Shown piece by piece: positions 1 to 12,774 of a stretch of 64,000 nt of DNA. The notes below the pieces were generated by a model, which was given only the letters and a program-made list of their open reading frames with translations, was not told the DNA's origin and did not search any database. Made by a program: the position numbers and the translations under genes. Position 1 is the first letter of the stretch; every line of letters begins with the position of its first letter. Source of the stretch: Octopus bimaculoides. Taxonomy: Eukaryota. The stretch spans positions 94,760,659 to 94,824,658 of the forward strand of contig NC_068983.1 of the NCBI RefSeq assembly GCF_001194135.2, read 5' to 3'.

Positions 1-45
<45 letters not shown>

Positions 46-253
46 AGTGGCAGCTTGTGTATAGGCACTGTGGAACTGCAGCACTCCCTATTTCCACTCG
101 ATATTATTGATGACATTCAATATAATGAGTCCTTTTTTTCTTTAATTCTTTCTTTATACTTATACACTATATAATCCTTAAGCTTAATATCAGTAGCCAT
201 CCCCTAGTTTATGAAAAAAATACAAAAATCCTTGTATAGAATTATTACATTAC

Positions 254-423
254 CTGACAAGATGCTTCCGCACCATGGGATGCACAAAAATTAATTGTGT
301 AGTTTCCCACCCACAAGGGAGCAGTGCAAAATGTGTTGAAACGATCATTGTGATCAATAAAGTTTCCCGTATATTCCATTTTCTGTTTCTCTTTCTGTTG
401 TACTAAATGTACACTGAGGAATT
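254..423 (-). CDS. Candidate exon of an unidentified gene divergent from PRKRIP1 (...FLSVHLVQQKEKQKMEYTGNFIDHNDRFNTFCTAPLWVGNYTINFCASHGAEASCQ)
   Basis: Stop-free frame in a complex, GC-richer island, ending at donor CAG|GTAATG (intron starts at 253). The 5' boundary is uncertain (AG at 425-424, or ATG at 379). No family recognised. Confidence 0.35.
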
Positions 424-544
424 CTTGAGGTAGACCCAGTGAAGGTTATGCAATTACCGTGGATAACACAAGGGAGACAGTGAATGTGCTTTATCAGCAT
501 ACTATTAGGGACATTACCCAACACGTAAATTTTAAATTTTATCT

Positions 545-586
<42 letters not shown>

Positions 587-1669
587 ACAAACTTTAAATT
601 ACAACTGGTAGAGAGGCCCTGGTTCAGGAGTTCCAAGGTTTTGAGTAGTGTAGAACCACCTCTTAGCCTCTATTGTTCCTAGGTCTATTCTGACTCAGTA
701 GCACCAGCCATGGTCCCAGCTGTTGGTTAATTAGCATGTCACAAAACTGTCTCTGGAAGGTTATTCATAGACATCCCAATGGACCCAGGGCAGATGAAGC
801 CCTTCAACTTTTTGAGCTGCTCATCTAAGAGAAGATAACTCCATTCAAATCCTGCATCCTGATACCTACTGGACTAGTGATTCTTGTTTCACCAGATGAA
901 GACAAATTTGAAGGACTTGAGAATGGAATTGGCTCAGCACAGACTATGCCCACTATGACAATATTCATCACACAGGTTGTTCAGCAAACAAAGACACCAG
1001 AATCAACACCATTTCACTTTCTTCACAAATTTTAATATTATACAAAAAGAGGCGATGGAGACAGATAGAAGTAAATGATCTGCAAATCCTGGATAGGCCT
1101 GAACTCTGACACAGTGCAACACAACAAAACATTGAACTGAAAACATTGTGCACCAGCATCTTGTTGAGTCTTCATACGTTGAAGTGACGGGGGGGGGGGA
1201 TCTAGTATATATAAAACCACAACAAAAATGAACAATGCCAAAAAAGTTGCCTATGCAGCTCAGATTGTTTTCAAATTTGGTATATCAATGCAGTTCTGAA
1301 TGGTGATTATTCTCAACTAATTACTTTATCTCGTAAATTAAAGAATCTGATGTTATTTGGAATTAATGTTTGGAAAATTTGAGTAATTTTAGCCAATCAA
1401 CAGACAGCGAGGCATTAACAGCTAGTTATCACGACAACCGCATGTTGTATTGATTCTTCACACTACAAGATTCACTTCACTCACACATTCTGTTTGTGTA
1501 TATCAGTTTTTTTCTTAATTTTAAAAAAATTTATATTTCTCAATTAGAATTTTATTGTAGATATTTTTTGTCCATTGTCTTAGTATTTTACATATTTTTC
1601 ATATATATTTTACATATATTTTGTGAAGTTTTTCTGTGCTTATTTCTCCTCTGTTTTTACTGTTGTTGG

Positions 1670-1960
1670 AATGGCTGCATCCACATTCAAGCCTTTTATT
1701 TGTACCACTCTGAAGGAGATTTTGAAAATAGAGGTGGATGCAGTAAATTATTTGGAAGAAAAGGGTGTTATCCCTAGAAAAAAAAGAGGTGCGGTAAATC
1801 TAGGCACATGAGTAAGAAAGTGGTTCATGGGAATTTGTACTAAGGGGGAATCGCAATGGTTGCAACGAATGCCTGTCAGTAAGGACAGGGACATGGCTGG
1901 AAGGCAGTACCCTTCTTCTTAGGACTATATTGTTATTTAATGTATCCATTTTTAAAATGT
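1670..1960 (+). mobile_element. Merlin (IS1016/IS1595-like) transposase N-terminal remnant
   Basis: EILKIEVDAVNYLEEKGVIP, then after a frameshift CNECLSVRTGTWLEGSTLLLRTILLF, matching the S.R.GTW.EGS.L motif of ISXO2/Merlin transposases. Confidence 0.6.
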
Positions 1961-2568
1961 TAGGGCATAGTGTGAGGGAGATTTGGCTGTTATTTCTAAT
2001 GAATTGAACAATCACACAGAGATTACCTAATTGGCTCATTTGCTGTGTATAAGTAAACAAAAACTAAAGGAAATGGATCTTCATCAGTTTCTAGGATGAT
2101 CATTTCAGTTGTATGATAAACTGAACTGGTAACACATTCAACTAGTACCTATTTTATCAACCCTGAAAGGCAAAGTAAACCAAAGTGGAATTTGAACTCA
2201 GAATGTAAAGCATTTTGCCCAGTGTGCTAATTATTCTATCGGCTTGTAGTCTTGTGGTTATACATTATATTAATATATAACTGGCTGAGTATACCACAGC
2301 ACCCACGTACTCACAACATAATCCAAAAAGAGAATCAGTACAACCCAGTGTGACATGGCAAGGCCTTTTAATTACAGGTCCAGGATCTAATTATAGTGTA
2401 ATTTGGTGGAGTATACCATAGATATATGCGGCCTTCATGTAATTCTGGGACAGAATCAGTGTGGAAAACTGCATTAATATAACCAATTTTCAGATTTTTT
2501 ACTTCCTTTCAAAAATTGCAGATTTTGTGAGTGAAACACACTAGATCCAGTTTGAGAAAAAAAGATAC

Positions 2569-2593
2569 TTTCATCAGATCTTGTTTCCATCAT
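2569..2593 (-). CDS. Possible first coding exon (MMETRSDE-) of the same unidentified gene
   Basis: ATGATG followed by a GTATCTTTT donor; phase 1 fits the acceptor at 424; ETS-like motif about 40 nt upstream. Confidence 0.22.
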
Positions 2594-2630
2594 CGGCTAC
2601 CGAAAAAAATGCCAATTGCTAATTGACAGA

Positions 2631-2645
2631 AACGGAAGTGATGTC
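2631..2645. promoter_or_regulatory. ETS-like CGGAAGTG motif in a small CpG-containing patch
   Basis: aaCGGAAGTGatgtc. The motif is common in housekeeping promoters but short enough to occur by chance. Confidence 0.25.
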
Positions 2646-4100
2646 TTGAACTTAATAATCGCTTGTTTGATTCATATATTTTGTATTTAGAATAATTTTA
2701 TGCATTACCTAAAAAAAACATTTGGTTAATGTTTACACGCATTTTTTTTTTCATATTCATTGGCAAGACTTCCGCCCGTCCCCACCAAAAACAACCCTTT
2801 TAAAAAAAATTTTTTTTTTTTGACACAAACCTTTTTTGGCTATGGGGAATACAAATCTGCAAAAAAATTGGCAAAAATCGGCATTTTTAAATTACCACCC
2901 CCATCCCCATTTCCTTCATTTTTTAACTTTTTTCAGAAATTTTTTTTTTTTTTTCAAAATATGCAGAAAAATATGGAGATTATGATTCTGAAAAAAATTT
3001 CCAAGAATGTTTTGCTGAATTATTTTTAAAGAATTTTTTTGGAATCTTTCGAGAATTTAATANNNNNNNNNNNNNNNNNNNNNNNNNNNNNNNNNNNNNN
3101 NNNNNNNNNNNNNNNNNNNNNNNNNNNNNNNNNNNNNNNNNNNNNNNNNNNNNNNNNNNNNNNNNNNNNNNNNNNNNNNNNNNNNNNNNNNNNNNNNNNN
3201 NNNNNNNNNNNNNNNNNNNNNNNNNNNNNNNNNNNNNNNNNNNNNNNNNNNNNNNNNNNNNNNNNNNNNNNNNNNNNNNNNNNNNNNNNNNNNNNNNNNN
3301 NNNNNNNNNNNNNNNNNNNNNNNNNNNNNNNNNNNNNNNNNNNNNNNNNNNNNNNNNNNNNNNNNNNNNNNNNNNNNNNNNNNNNNNNNNNNNNNNNNNN
3401 NNNNNNNNNNNNNNNNNNNNNNNNNNNNNNNNNNNNNNNNNNNNNNNNNNNNNNNNNNNNNNNNNNNNNNNNNNNNNNTAACGAAACACTTTCAAACTTC
3501 GTATACTTGTATATTTTGTGTTATAGAACAGATAAAAAAATTTGTATTCGAAGTTATTTCATGTAACACATTCTACCAGTGTCCGAAGTTTGAAAGTGTT
3601 TAGTTACAAAAAATTAATTTCTCGATGTGCCGTTTAAAGGGTAAAGATCCTTCCTTTTTTTCTAAATATGCGGAAAAATACGGATATTATGATTAGGACA
3701 AAAATTTCAAAACATTTATGTAGTAGCGGTTAGGGTTAGTGTTGGGGAAAAAAGTCAAAATTGAAGAATTGGGAGGGGAAAATTTAACAATGCCGATTTT
3801 TGGCAATTTTCCGGAACCTCTGTTGTATTCGAAAACCGGTGTTTTTGACAAAAACTTTTTTTTAAATAAACAAATTCGGGAGAAAATGTGTGTGGGGGAG
3901 GGGCGGAAGTATTTCCTATTTGTTTCCTACATATTTTTTTTACACACTTTGCACTATTTTTTTTCTGATTTTAGTTTTCGGGTAAAGTTGTAAACATTAA
4001 CCAAGCATTTTACTGGAAAATATTCTTTTAAATTGGATTTAAAATTTTATTCCATCCAGATTAAAACTATTCAGTGCGGTATTAGTGTTAAAATACAAAC

Positions 4101-4184
4101 ATGGCCGAGGAAAGCAATGTTGTTGTCCCAAGGACGGCGACTGAATTGCAGAAGATTAAACTTGAGAAACTGATGAAACACCCT
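4101..4184 (+). CDS. PRKRIP1: PRKRIP1 coding exon 1 ([28 protein letters not shown])
   Basis: aaacATGG start; donor GTAAGT at 4185; phase 0. Confidence 0.93.
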
Positions 4185-7100
4185 GTAAGTAATGCATGTA
4201 GTTAGATACTGTGCAATAGTCCAATTGTTGTTTTAGCTATGTAAAATATACTTTTTAAAGTGATTTGTACCTTTTTACGAACGCTTTGATTAATGGTGTG
4301 AAAACGGAATTTTAAAGAATAACCCGATTTCGAATGGGTTCCGGTTTATAGAAAATTGCTTATCGTGCGGACATAGTTTATGTACGAGAAATAATGCCGC
4401 AATTTTGTTTTTCTTTGGCCTATACTGTGAAAGTATGATAACGAGGTAGCCTCAACGTAATTATTTGATCTGCGAGAAGTAGTAGCTAAAATCCCTCAAA
4501 CTACTCTCTACTATCTTAAAAGAAATATACATTGGATTAAATAGTCATTGATATGCTGTATCTGAATAAAATTATTGGAGAGCCTTATCGTACTCTACTG
4601 ATCAATTGAGTGTTGTCGGTGGGTTAAACCTGAAGAAAATTTCGTGAAACAATGTGAAATTGCAATGTTTTGTCGAAAACTGATAGAACCTAATACTGTC
4701 CCGTGTACTCCACCGCCATGATACCCAGAAATCAGTATCATTGGCGTTGGAAGTGCTTCCTCCACAGACAAAAGAAGCCTTTCCCTTAGAAGTAGCATGT
4801 CAGTATATTTCTTCGATATTTTATTATCTTGAATGTTTAAATGATGAATCAGATACTATTGCTCTGCTTGCAGTTTTTTCTAGCACACACAGAAAGAGTT
4901 GCACCTGTTGGCCCTCCGACATGGGCAAGATCTGTGTGATTGATATTCATGTTCATTTTAAATGCAAGTCACCGACTACAGTAAAAATGTTCAGTTTTTT
5001 TAGAGATGACAACAATCATGTTATTTATTGCAATAAATAACATATATTTTAGGCTGTAAAAGATTGTAATGCAAAAGAACCAAAAGTAGCAGCACTAAAC
5101 TAAGAAAAACAACTGTTAGGGAAAATACAGAAATTCGGAAACTTACTAAATGTATTTGTGTAACAGGAAAAATATATTTACATTAACATTTTCAAATGCC
5201 ATCTGTGTATCCTATTTAATGTAGATATACCATTGATAGTTAGGGTGCAGTGACTTTTGTCTGACAAAATTTCTTCGTAGACGTGTTAAAACAATATATA
5301 TCGAAGCTAGTCGAATATCGTCCGAGCAGCAACTCAAGGAAACCCTTTTGTTACCATATTTCTGAGATACATTCTCTTTGTTTCAATTGATTTTGAAAAT
5401 AATGAAGAATTTATTAAAATATTGGTAGACGGACTATATGTAATCTGAACCTCCCCCCCCCTTATTTATTAATTTTTTGGCACTATCATGCTATTAGCTG
5501 TCAGAAGTGAAAGTGCTCACTGCCTGCTAGTAAAGTATCTGTCTGTCTGCCTGCATGCCTGTTGCTGGCCTGTCGATTCTTTGGCTACTGACAGCTAATA
5601 CCATGACTGGCCGGAGCGAGCTATATGTCTGTCTGTCTCTCTCTTTCTATCTATCTATCTATTACTCGAAAGTCCGCGCTAGCTAGTCGTGAGTAGAAAA
5701 CACAAATTTAATATAAAAACATATTTCCTGAAATTGCAAATTNNNNNNNNNNNNNNNNNNNNNNNNNNNNNNNNNNNNNNNNNNNNNNNNNNNNNNNNNN
5801 NNNNNNNNNNNNNNNNNNNNNNNNNNNNNNNNNNNNNNNNNNNNNNNNNNNNNNNNNNNNNNNNNNNNNNNNNNNNNNNNNNNNNNNNNNNNNNNNNNNN
5901 NNNNNNNNNNNNNNNNNNNNNNNNNNNNNNNNNNNNNNNNNNNNNNNNNNNNNNNNNNNNNNNNNNNNNNNNNNNNNNNNNNNNNNNNNNNNNNNNNNNN
6001 NNNNNNNNNNNNNNNNNNNNNNNNNNNNNNNNNNNNNNNNNNNNNNNNNNNNNNNNNNNNNNNNNNNNNNNNNNNNNNNNNNNNNNNNNNNNNNNNNNNN
6101 NNNNNNNNNNNNNNNNNNNNNNNNNNNNNNNNNNNNNNNNNNNNNNNNNNNNNNNNNNNNNNNNNNNNNNNNNNNNNNNNNNNNNNNNNNNNNNNNNNNN
6201 NNNNNNNNNNNNNNNNNNTGCTAGAAATAACAGCCAAATCTCACAAAACTAGTGTTGGGTTAGGGTTAGGGTTTGAGTTAGGGTTAGGTTTACCCTGTGG
6301 ATCTATATAAAGACCGGGGGTGGGGGATCGAAATTTTGAAATTGAGATTTTTGAAAAAAAATTTTCAGAATCGGAATCTCCATAGCCTAAAACGTGGGAT
6401 TCCGTAAAAAAAAAAAAAGTAGGGAAAGGTTCAGATTACATATAGTCCATCTGGACCAAAATATTTTTTGTCATTAAGCTGGTGTTTGCGATATAATATT
6501 TTGACGGACTGTTTTAATTTAAATCACTTTAAAAACAGTTTTTGCCATAAAAGCGGTTTCAAGCAGGTTGGTATCAAATGAGATAATAGTAAAAATAACA
6601 TTTCGAGGGAACTAATGATGGCAAAAATTCTGTACCGTGAAGTCCTTGAGTTTGAGTATGTTTCTTTGCTTTGGAAGAGGATTGGTGGAATCTTTTGGAA
6701 TTGACACTTCCGAGAGAGAAAAGGATTTGGACAAATTTTTATTCACTCCATTTGAAAATGCTTATTTCTTATAAGGGGTATTAACTCTGTCTGGAATGCC
6801 TGAAAGTTTATGTCACACTCCTTTCTTTAAAATTTATCAAAAAATTAACCGTTTGAACACCGTGTTTCCCCTTCACCCCATTATTAATGTCAGAATTCTT
6901 TTTTAATTAACCTGAGACATATATATAGAATATTAATGCTTTGATAAACTCTGGTAGCTTAAGGAGTTGTGATTCAAGACCCTAAATAAATATTGCAGAT
7001 ATATTGAAACTAAAGTTGCATTAAAAGATAATAGAGGACAGGACCTACATGAGTTGTCTCCATCTGTCATTAGAGGCAAATACATGTGGGTTGATAATGA

Positions 7101-10100
7101 AGTGATACTTTTTAACCCTTTCGTTACTAACCCGGCCGAGTGTACCCATTGTTATTTAAATGTATATTTGAACCCAAATCTCGTTAATACGGTCGTTAAA
7201 ACACCTGATTTCACTTTGCAAACAGTTGAGTTATTGTCTCCCACATTGTTTGGCGTGATATTTGAACTCAGTGAATTTTGGAAGATTTTTTTCCACATAT
7301 TTTGCGGCGTTAATTTTTGTCAACTTTGAAGATGGAGAGGAGTTTCATGCTATCAAGCAGTGATTCCGAATTTGAAGGTTTTTCAACAGAAGATATGGAG
7401 ATATCGAAGAAAAGAATGAATGAGCTACAAAAGCACGTAGTGAACGATAAAAAATTGGATATTTCTGTATCCGAAACTGAAAACAGCGATTCTGAAAGCA
7501 GCGACGGCGACAGCGAGGATGAATTTACACCAGAAAAAGATTTTTTTAATATTTTTATTAACAATTTTTCTGAGGAAACAGGGTCTACCCATAGTCTTTC
7601 TCAGGAAGCGAAACCTTTTAGACTTCTTTTTCATGCTTGTTTGAAATGATTACTGCGGAAACANNNNNNNNNNAAAAAAGATAGCTTGTGGTTTCCTGCA
7701 ACTGTAGATGAAATACGGGCATTTTTTGCCATAAATATTATTATGGGTATTAGACAGTTACCCAGAATAACAAATTACTGGAGCGATCAGGAACCTTTTG
7801 GCGATGAATATACCAGTATTATGAACGAGTACGATTCGTGAAGCTGAACCAATATTTACATGTGAGAGACACTAGCAGTACCCCAGAGACAAAGATTATG
7901 CAATAGAATTGATTAAGAACCCTTTCTTTAATTATGTTCCAAATATCACATTAATATGTTGATAAATAAAAAAGTTACAGGTGTTTAATGAGACTAGCCT
8001 AAATTCATGATTATTTTAGAATTTAATTGAAACTCATGAGGGGTGTATTTTGGTCAGAAATATAGTAACGAAAGGGTTAAAGTGGCATAAGTGAAACCAC
8101 ATAAGCTGAAAATTGAAAGTAGTTAAAGGGTTGGTTTGATGAGACTTTAATGTTGTGCTCTACCAACTATTCTCTTTATGAAAATCAAATATATATTTCA
8201 GGAAAAAGAAATAATTATTCCAGATTCTTCAAAGGAATGGGTACCAAAATTACCTCCAGAATTTATAAGAAACGTTTGGGGTGAGTTATATATTTGTTCA
8301 TTTTTAATAAAGATAATGAAAGCTATAATATTTTCATTTCATTAAACTAATTTGGTACAAGGGTTCTTTGATTAAATTGCTTTCTTACTGACCACACAGC
8401 TATAGCTTCAAATCTTACAATGTGTGGTCCCTATATCTGACAGATGACCGTATATTCCATTCCAGTTTCACAGTCCAGGCAAGAAAGTATTTACTGCTAA
8501 AATGCAAATACCTAAATTTGTTGAGAGGATAAAATCCTATTTTAATTGTGCTAAAGAAAAATGTAAAAAACTTTACAGTCCACAAATATAACTTATGTCA
8601 ACAAGGCTACTACATATTTAATTATTGTACAAGTTATCAATGTTGTCAGTTTGTTAACAGTATTGATTCTCTGTCTTCTCTCATCTGTGCTATTTACTGA
8701 GATTTTGAAGATCCTACTAATTCACTTCTTAGTCTTTGCTGTAATTATCATCACATATTAATGCAATCACTCTCATTCAAATTGTTGAACCTGATTGACC
8801 TTTATGTGATTGTCTCAAGGACTAGAAAGGAAAGACAATAAGGATAGATTGTCCATAAAAGCCACCTATATACTGCAAAGTTTCTGATGAGGGATACTTT
8901 ATAGATTCAGCCTCCTACAAACAGTAGCTAATTTTCCTTCAAATTTTGTATCTTCCCATCTTTAAAAAAAAAAAGTGTCTTTGGATCATGTAGATATATT
9001 GTATGAAAATAAGACAATGGTCATTTTTGTGACCATAGATCTGCTTAATCAAGCTAAACAACTACTAAACTCTCACCAGTTTCGCTGCTATATATGATGT
9101 ATGATAACTTTCATCCTTTCTATGGTTTTCTCATTGCAAGCCAGGCTACAAAGTTTGAGACCACAATAATGGCATTCTCTAAGTTAAATTCAAAGTAGTG
9201 TCATTTGTTTTTAGTTAAGACTGTGTCTTAGTTTTCTCACTGAGATTTAGATGAAAATTGCATTCCGGCCAACCCAATTTTTCTTGAACTAACTTAGGAT
9301 ATTTTCTACCATATTCTTTTGAAATACATTTGGTGCAATCCAATCCTAATGTGACATGATGTGTACCGGGTGCGATAGGTAAATTGTTGCCATTTTATAT
9401 TTTTTTATTTTACACATCTGCATTGTTTGTTTTTGATTTTGTCAACTACACAATATAGTAGGGTCAGCTGGGCACCATCTGTGAGAAAGACAGCACCATG
9501 ACACAATTCACTCTGCCAGAAATTTGGAAACAACATGCACCGGAAGCTCCAAACAAGCATTTCAGAGTGTTTGGGTGTCAATTTGAGGACAGTGCAATCT
9601 AAAGACATGTACTGAGAGTGATAAAAATCAAACATCCAGTCAACATCATGGTGTTTGGAGTGATTACTAGTGATGGTGATGTTATGCCTCCATTCATCTT
9701 CCGACATGGCCTCAGACTCAACACAGGAGAAGGTAGCGCTGCCCTAGGTCAAGAGGTTGGCTACTGGAAGGCCCTATGTCTGGCAACAGGACTGCACTAT
9801 GCCACACAAGCAGGAGAACCCAGTCATGGCTGTCAGACAATTTCTGTGACCACATCACTCCTAACATCTGGCCACTTAACTCCCCAGACTACAACCCTCT
9901 TGATTATTATGTGTGGGGTGCACTTCAGTGAGAGACCAGCAAAACTCCTTGTAACATCAAAGATGAACTGAAGGCAAGGATTATGGTAGCCTTCACCAAC
10001 TTAAAGGAGACTGTCCAGAAGAGCTGCAGAAGATTCTGAAGTCGTCTGGAAGCCATGGTTGAAGCCAATGGTGATTTTATTGAATAAATTTACTCTAGTA

Positions 10101-12019
10101 TTTCAAGATATTTTAATGTAATTTTGGTTGATCCAAACAAGTTGTCAGTGTTATTTTCATTTTTGCATAATTTAGACAACAGTATAGATACACTGCACCC
10201 TGTATATGTGTGTGTGATTTAGTTCAACTTCAATTTTTATTTCCTCAGTTACACATGTTTCTTGCCCAAGGACTCTGTATAAATGTTTGTGTATACTTTC
10301 GTAAATACTTAGGTTCAAGTGCAGGTGCAGGCAGTGGTGATTTCCATGTATATCGTGGGGTACGTCGACGTGAGTATGCTCGTCAGAAGTTCATAGGTGA
10401 AAAAGCTGAAAAAGTGAGTTTCTTTCCTCTTTCTTTTTATTTTTGTTGTATTTGTTGATAATTGAAACCTTTGTTGTAAACATTTTAAGAATTTTAGTCA
10501 ATGTCTCACAAGAGTTGTGCTATATCATCAAAAATAATGTCATTCATTAACGCTGATCTTTAATTTTTTTGTGGTTGTAGTCGAGAGGAAAGGGCATTCA
10601 CAGCCCTCTGAGATTTGTAAGATCAAAGATAGCAGCTATGGCAAAGCCAGAGATAAATGATAATACATCTATGGGCAAGTGGTTGGTGTTTGTTGATACA
10701 TGAATCCTTGCCAATTAGCTGGATGGTTTTCTTAATGTTGTTAAGCATGTTTTTGTGTTTAGCAACATGCCAGATGTGACAGCAGTATTCCAGTCTAGAT
10801 TTTACTAAAATTTTGCAGAGCATCACCAGTTGTTCAGAGCTGAAGTATCTTCTGTTTCTGAAAAGCAAGACTAGTCATTTGGGTGTTGTGTTTTTTTTTT
10901 ATATCATAAATGTGGGCATAGAATTTGTAGCAAATTTGAGCATTTTAATTGCATGTTACTCATGATTAGAGGGTTTGAATACAAGATTGTTTCATTGATA
11001 TGTGCAGTGACTGTGTCTTTGTACTATTAAAGAAAATGAGATCATGTCCCATTGAAGACTGTTCTTGAGATTTCTGCTCATAGAGAAATTACAGAATGAA
11101 TGTGTGATGGTTGTGAGGTCGGTTAAGTAGCAAAGGCTAGTATAATGTGCATAGTAATTAGTCTTGTTAGAGGGGTCAACAACTAAGTTGTTAATGTAAA
11201 AGTGTATGGTAGATGAAATGCGCCTGGGAGCACATTAAAGTTGATAGGATGTGGGTCAGACAGACCTCCATATTCACATGCTCAATGGTGTGATCTGATT
11301 GTTTCTGGATCTTTCATAAACTAACAAAGAAATATTGATATTAATTAATCTGAGAAATATTGACAGATAACGAGGAGTATCTTTTTGTAAAAGTGTATTT
11401 GGGCCATTTGATGACATTATGTTTTTATACAGGATAGCCTGGATGACATTTATCACAAGAAGGTCCTGGAGAATCAGAAAGCTGCTGAAGAACGTACTAG
11501 TAAGAAAAGAGCTAAAAGGTAAATTATTTGTGTGTGTGCATATGTATGTATGTGTATATATTTATATATATATATATATATTTTCCAGTAAATTTTGTAA
11601 TCGTTACCAATATAGCATAAGACTTCACCCCAAAGGATCATTGATTAAATTCCTTAAGGATCGTTCTCATTGTTTATATTTCCAAGGTTTCAAATTTGTA
11701 TATTTAAAAAGGATAGAGATTTTCAACACGATCGATTTTTATTCCATTTATTTAATTATTTGCCATTCGATGTCAACATTTCTGTGTTCAACTCTATCCA
11801 ACGACTGATCCGTTGGATGTCTGACGTTTGGCACTTCCTCAGGAATGGCTTCCGTTAGAACAAATGACCAAAAAACCCAATTATCGATCAGAACAGATTA
11901 TTAAAAATTATTTAACTGTACCGTTCTTTCCGCCATGCTGTCTTGATGATATTTTGATTATGATATACAGGGGAGGTAACACCTAAATCTTTTCTATTAT
12001 CATTATTATCATCATCATC

Positions 12020-12070
<51 letters not shown>

Positions 12071-12731
12071 GAGGTACTATTAATAATAGGGGTAAGGTCT
12101 GTAAGAGTAAGAACATAATCACAGTAAATGAGGTAAACCCTAGGAGATTAAAATTTGAAGGACCCAACGCGAAAGTCAAAAATATAGTATATCAATGTAA
12201 GGTAAAGACCGAAACAGGCACCACGAAATACATTGGCTGCACATCAGGACAGGTATGTAGGAGAATATCTAATCAGTTCACAACGTTTAGAGATAGAAGG
12301 AAAATAGCAAGCACTAGTCTTAGCAAATATATCTGGGAACTCAAAGAAAATAATAAGCTGTATTCATTAGAATGGTCCATAGTAGCAAGATCAATGCCAT
12401 ACGAGAGAGAAAGAAAGTACTGTTCGCTCTGTACGACAGAACTCTACCTTATACTCTTCTCTAAGGGTAAATTGATTAACAAATTAACGAATAATGCTCT
12501 GAAATGTACACACATCTTAAGGAGCACTTTTCGTTGGTTTAAATGAATTTGGGATATGAGAGGGTGTCACAGAGAATCTCGTCATAGCAGTTAGCACATA
12601 GACAGATCACACCAAATATGTAAGAATAGGAGCAACGGCCCTATAAAATCGGGCTTAAATGATACGTATAGAGTCCAATGATAGCATTAGCATAAGGGTT
12701 GCGATAGGATATGTGTATATGTATGTACATG

Positions 12732-12774
<43 letters not shown>

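Noticed and set aside
354-590. Track ORF with HCLPCV, faintly like RNASEH2C
   Set aside because: It starts in a TA microsatellite and no further motifs match; a different frame carries the splice signal.
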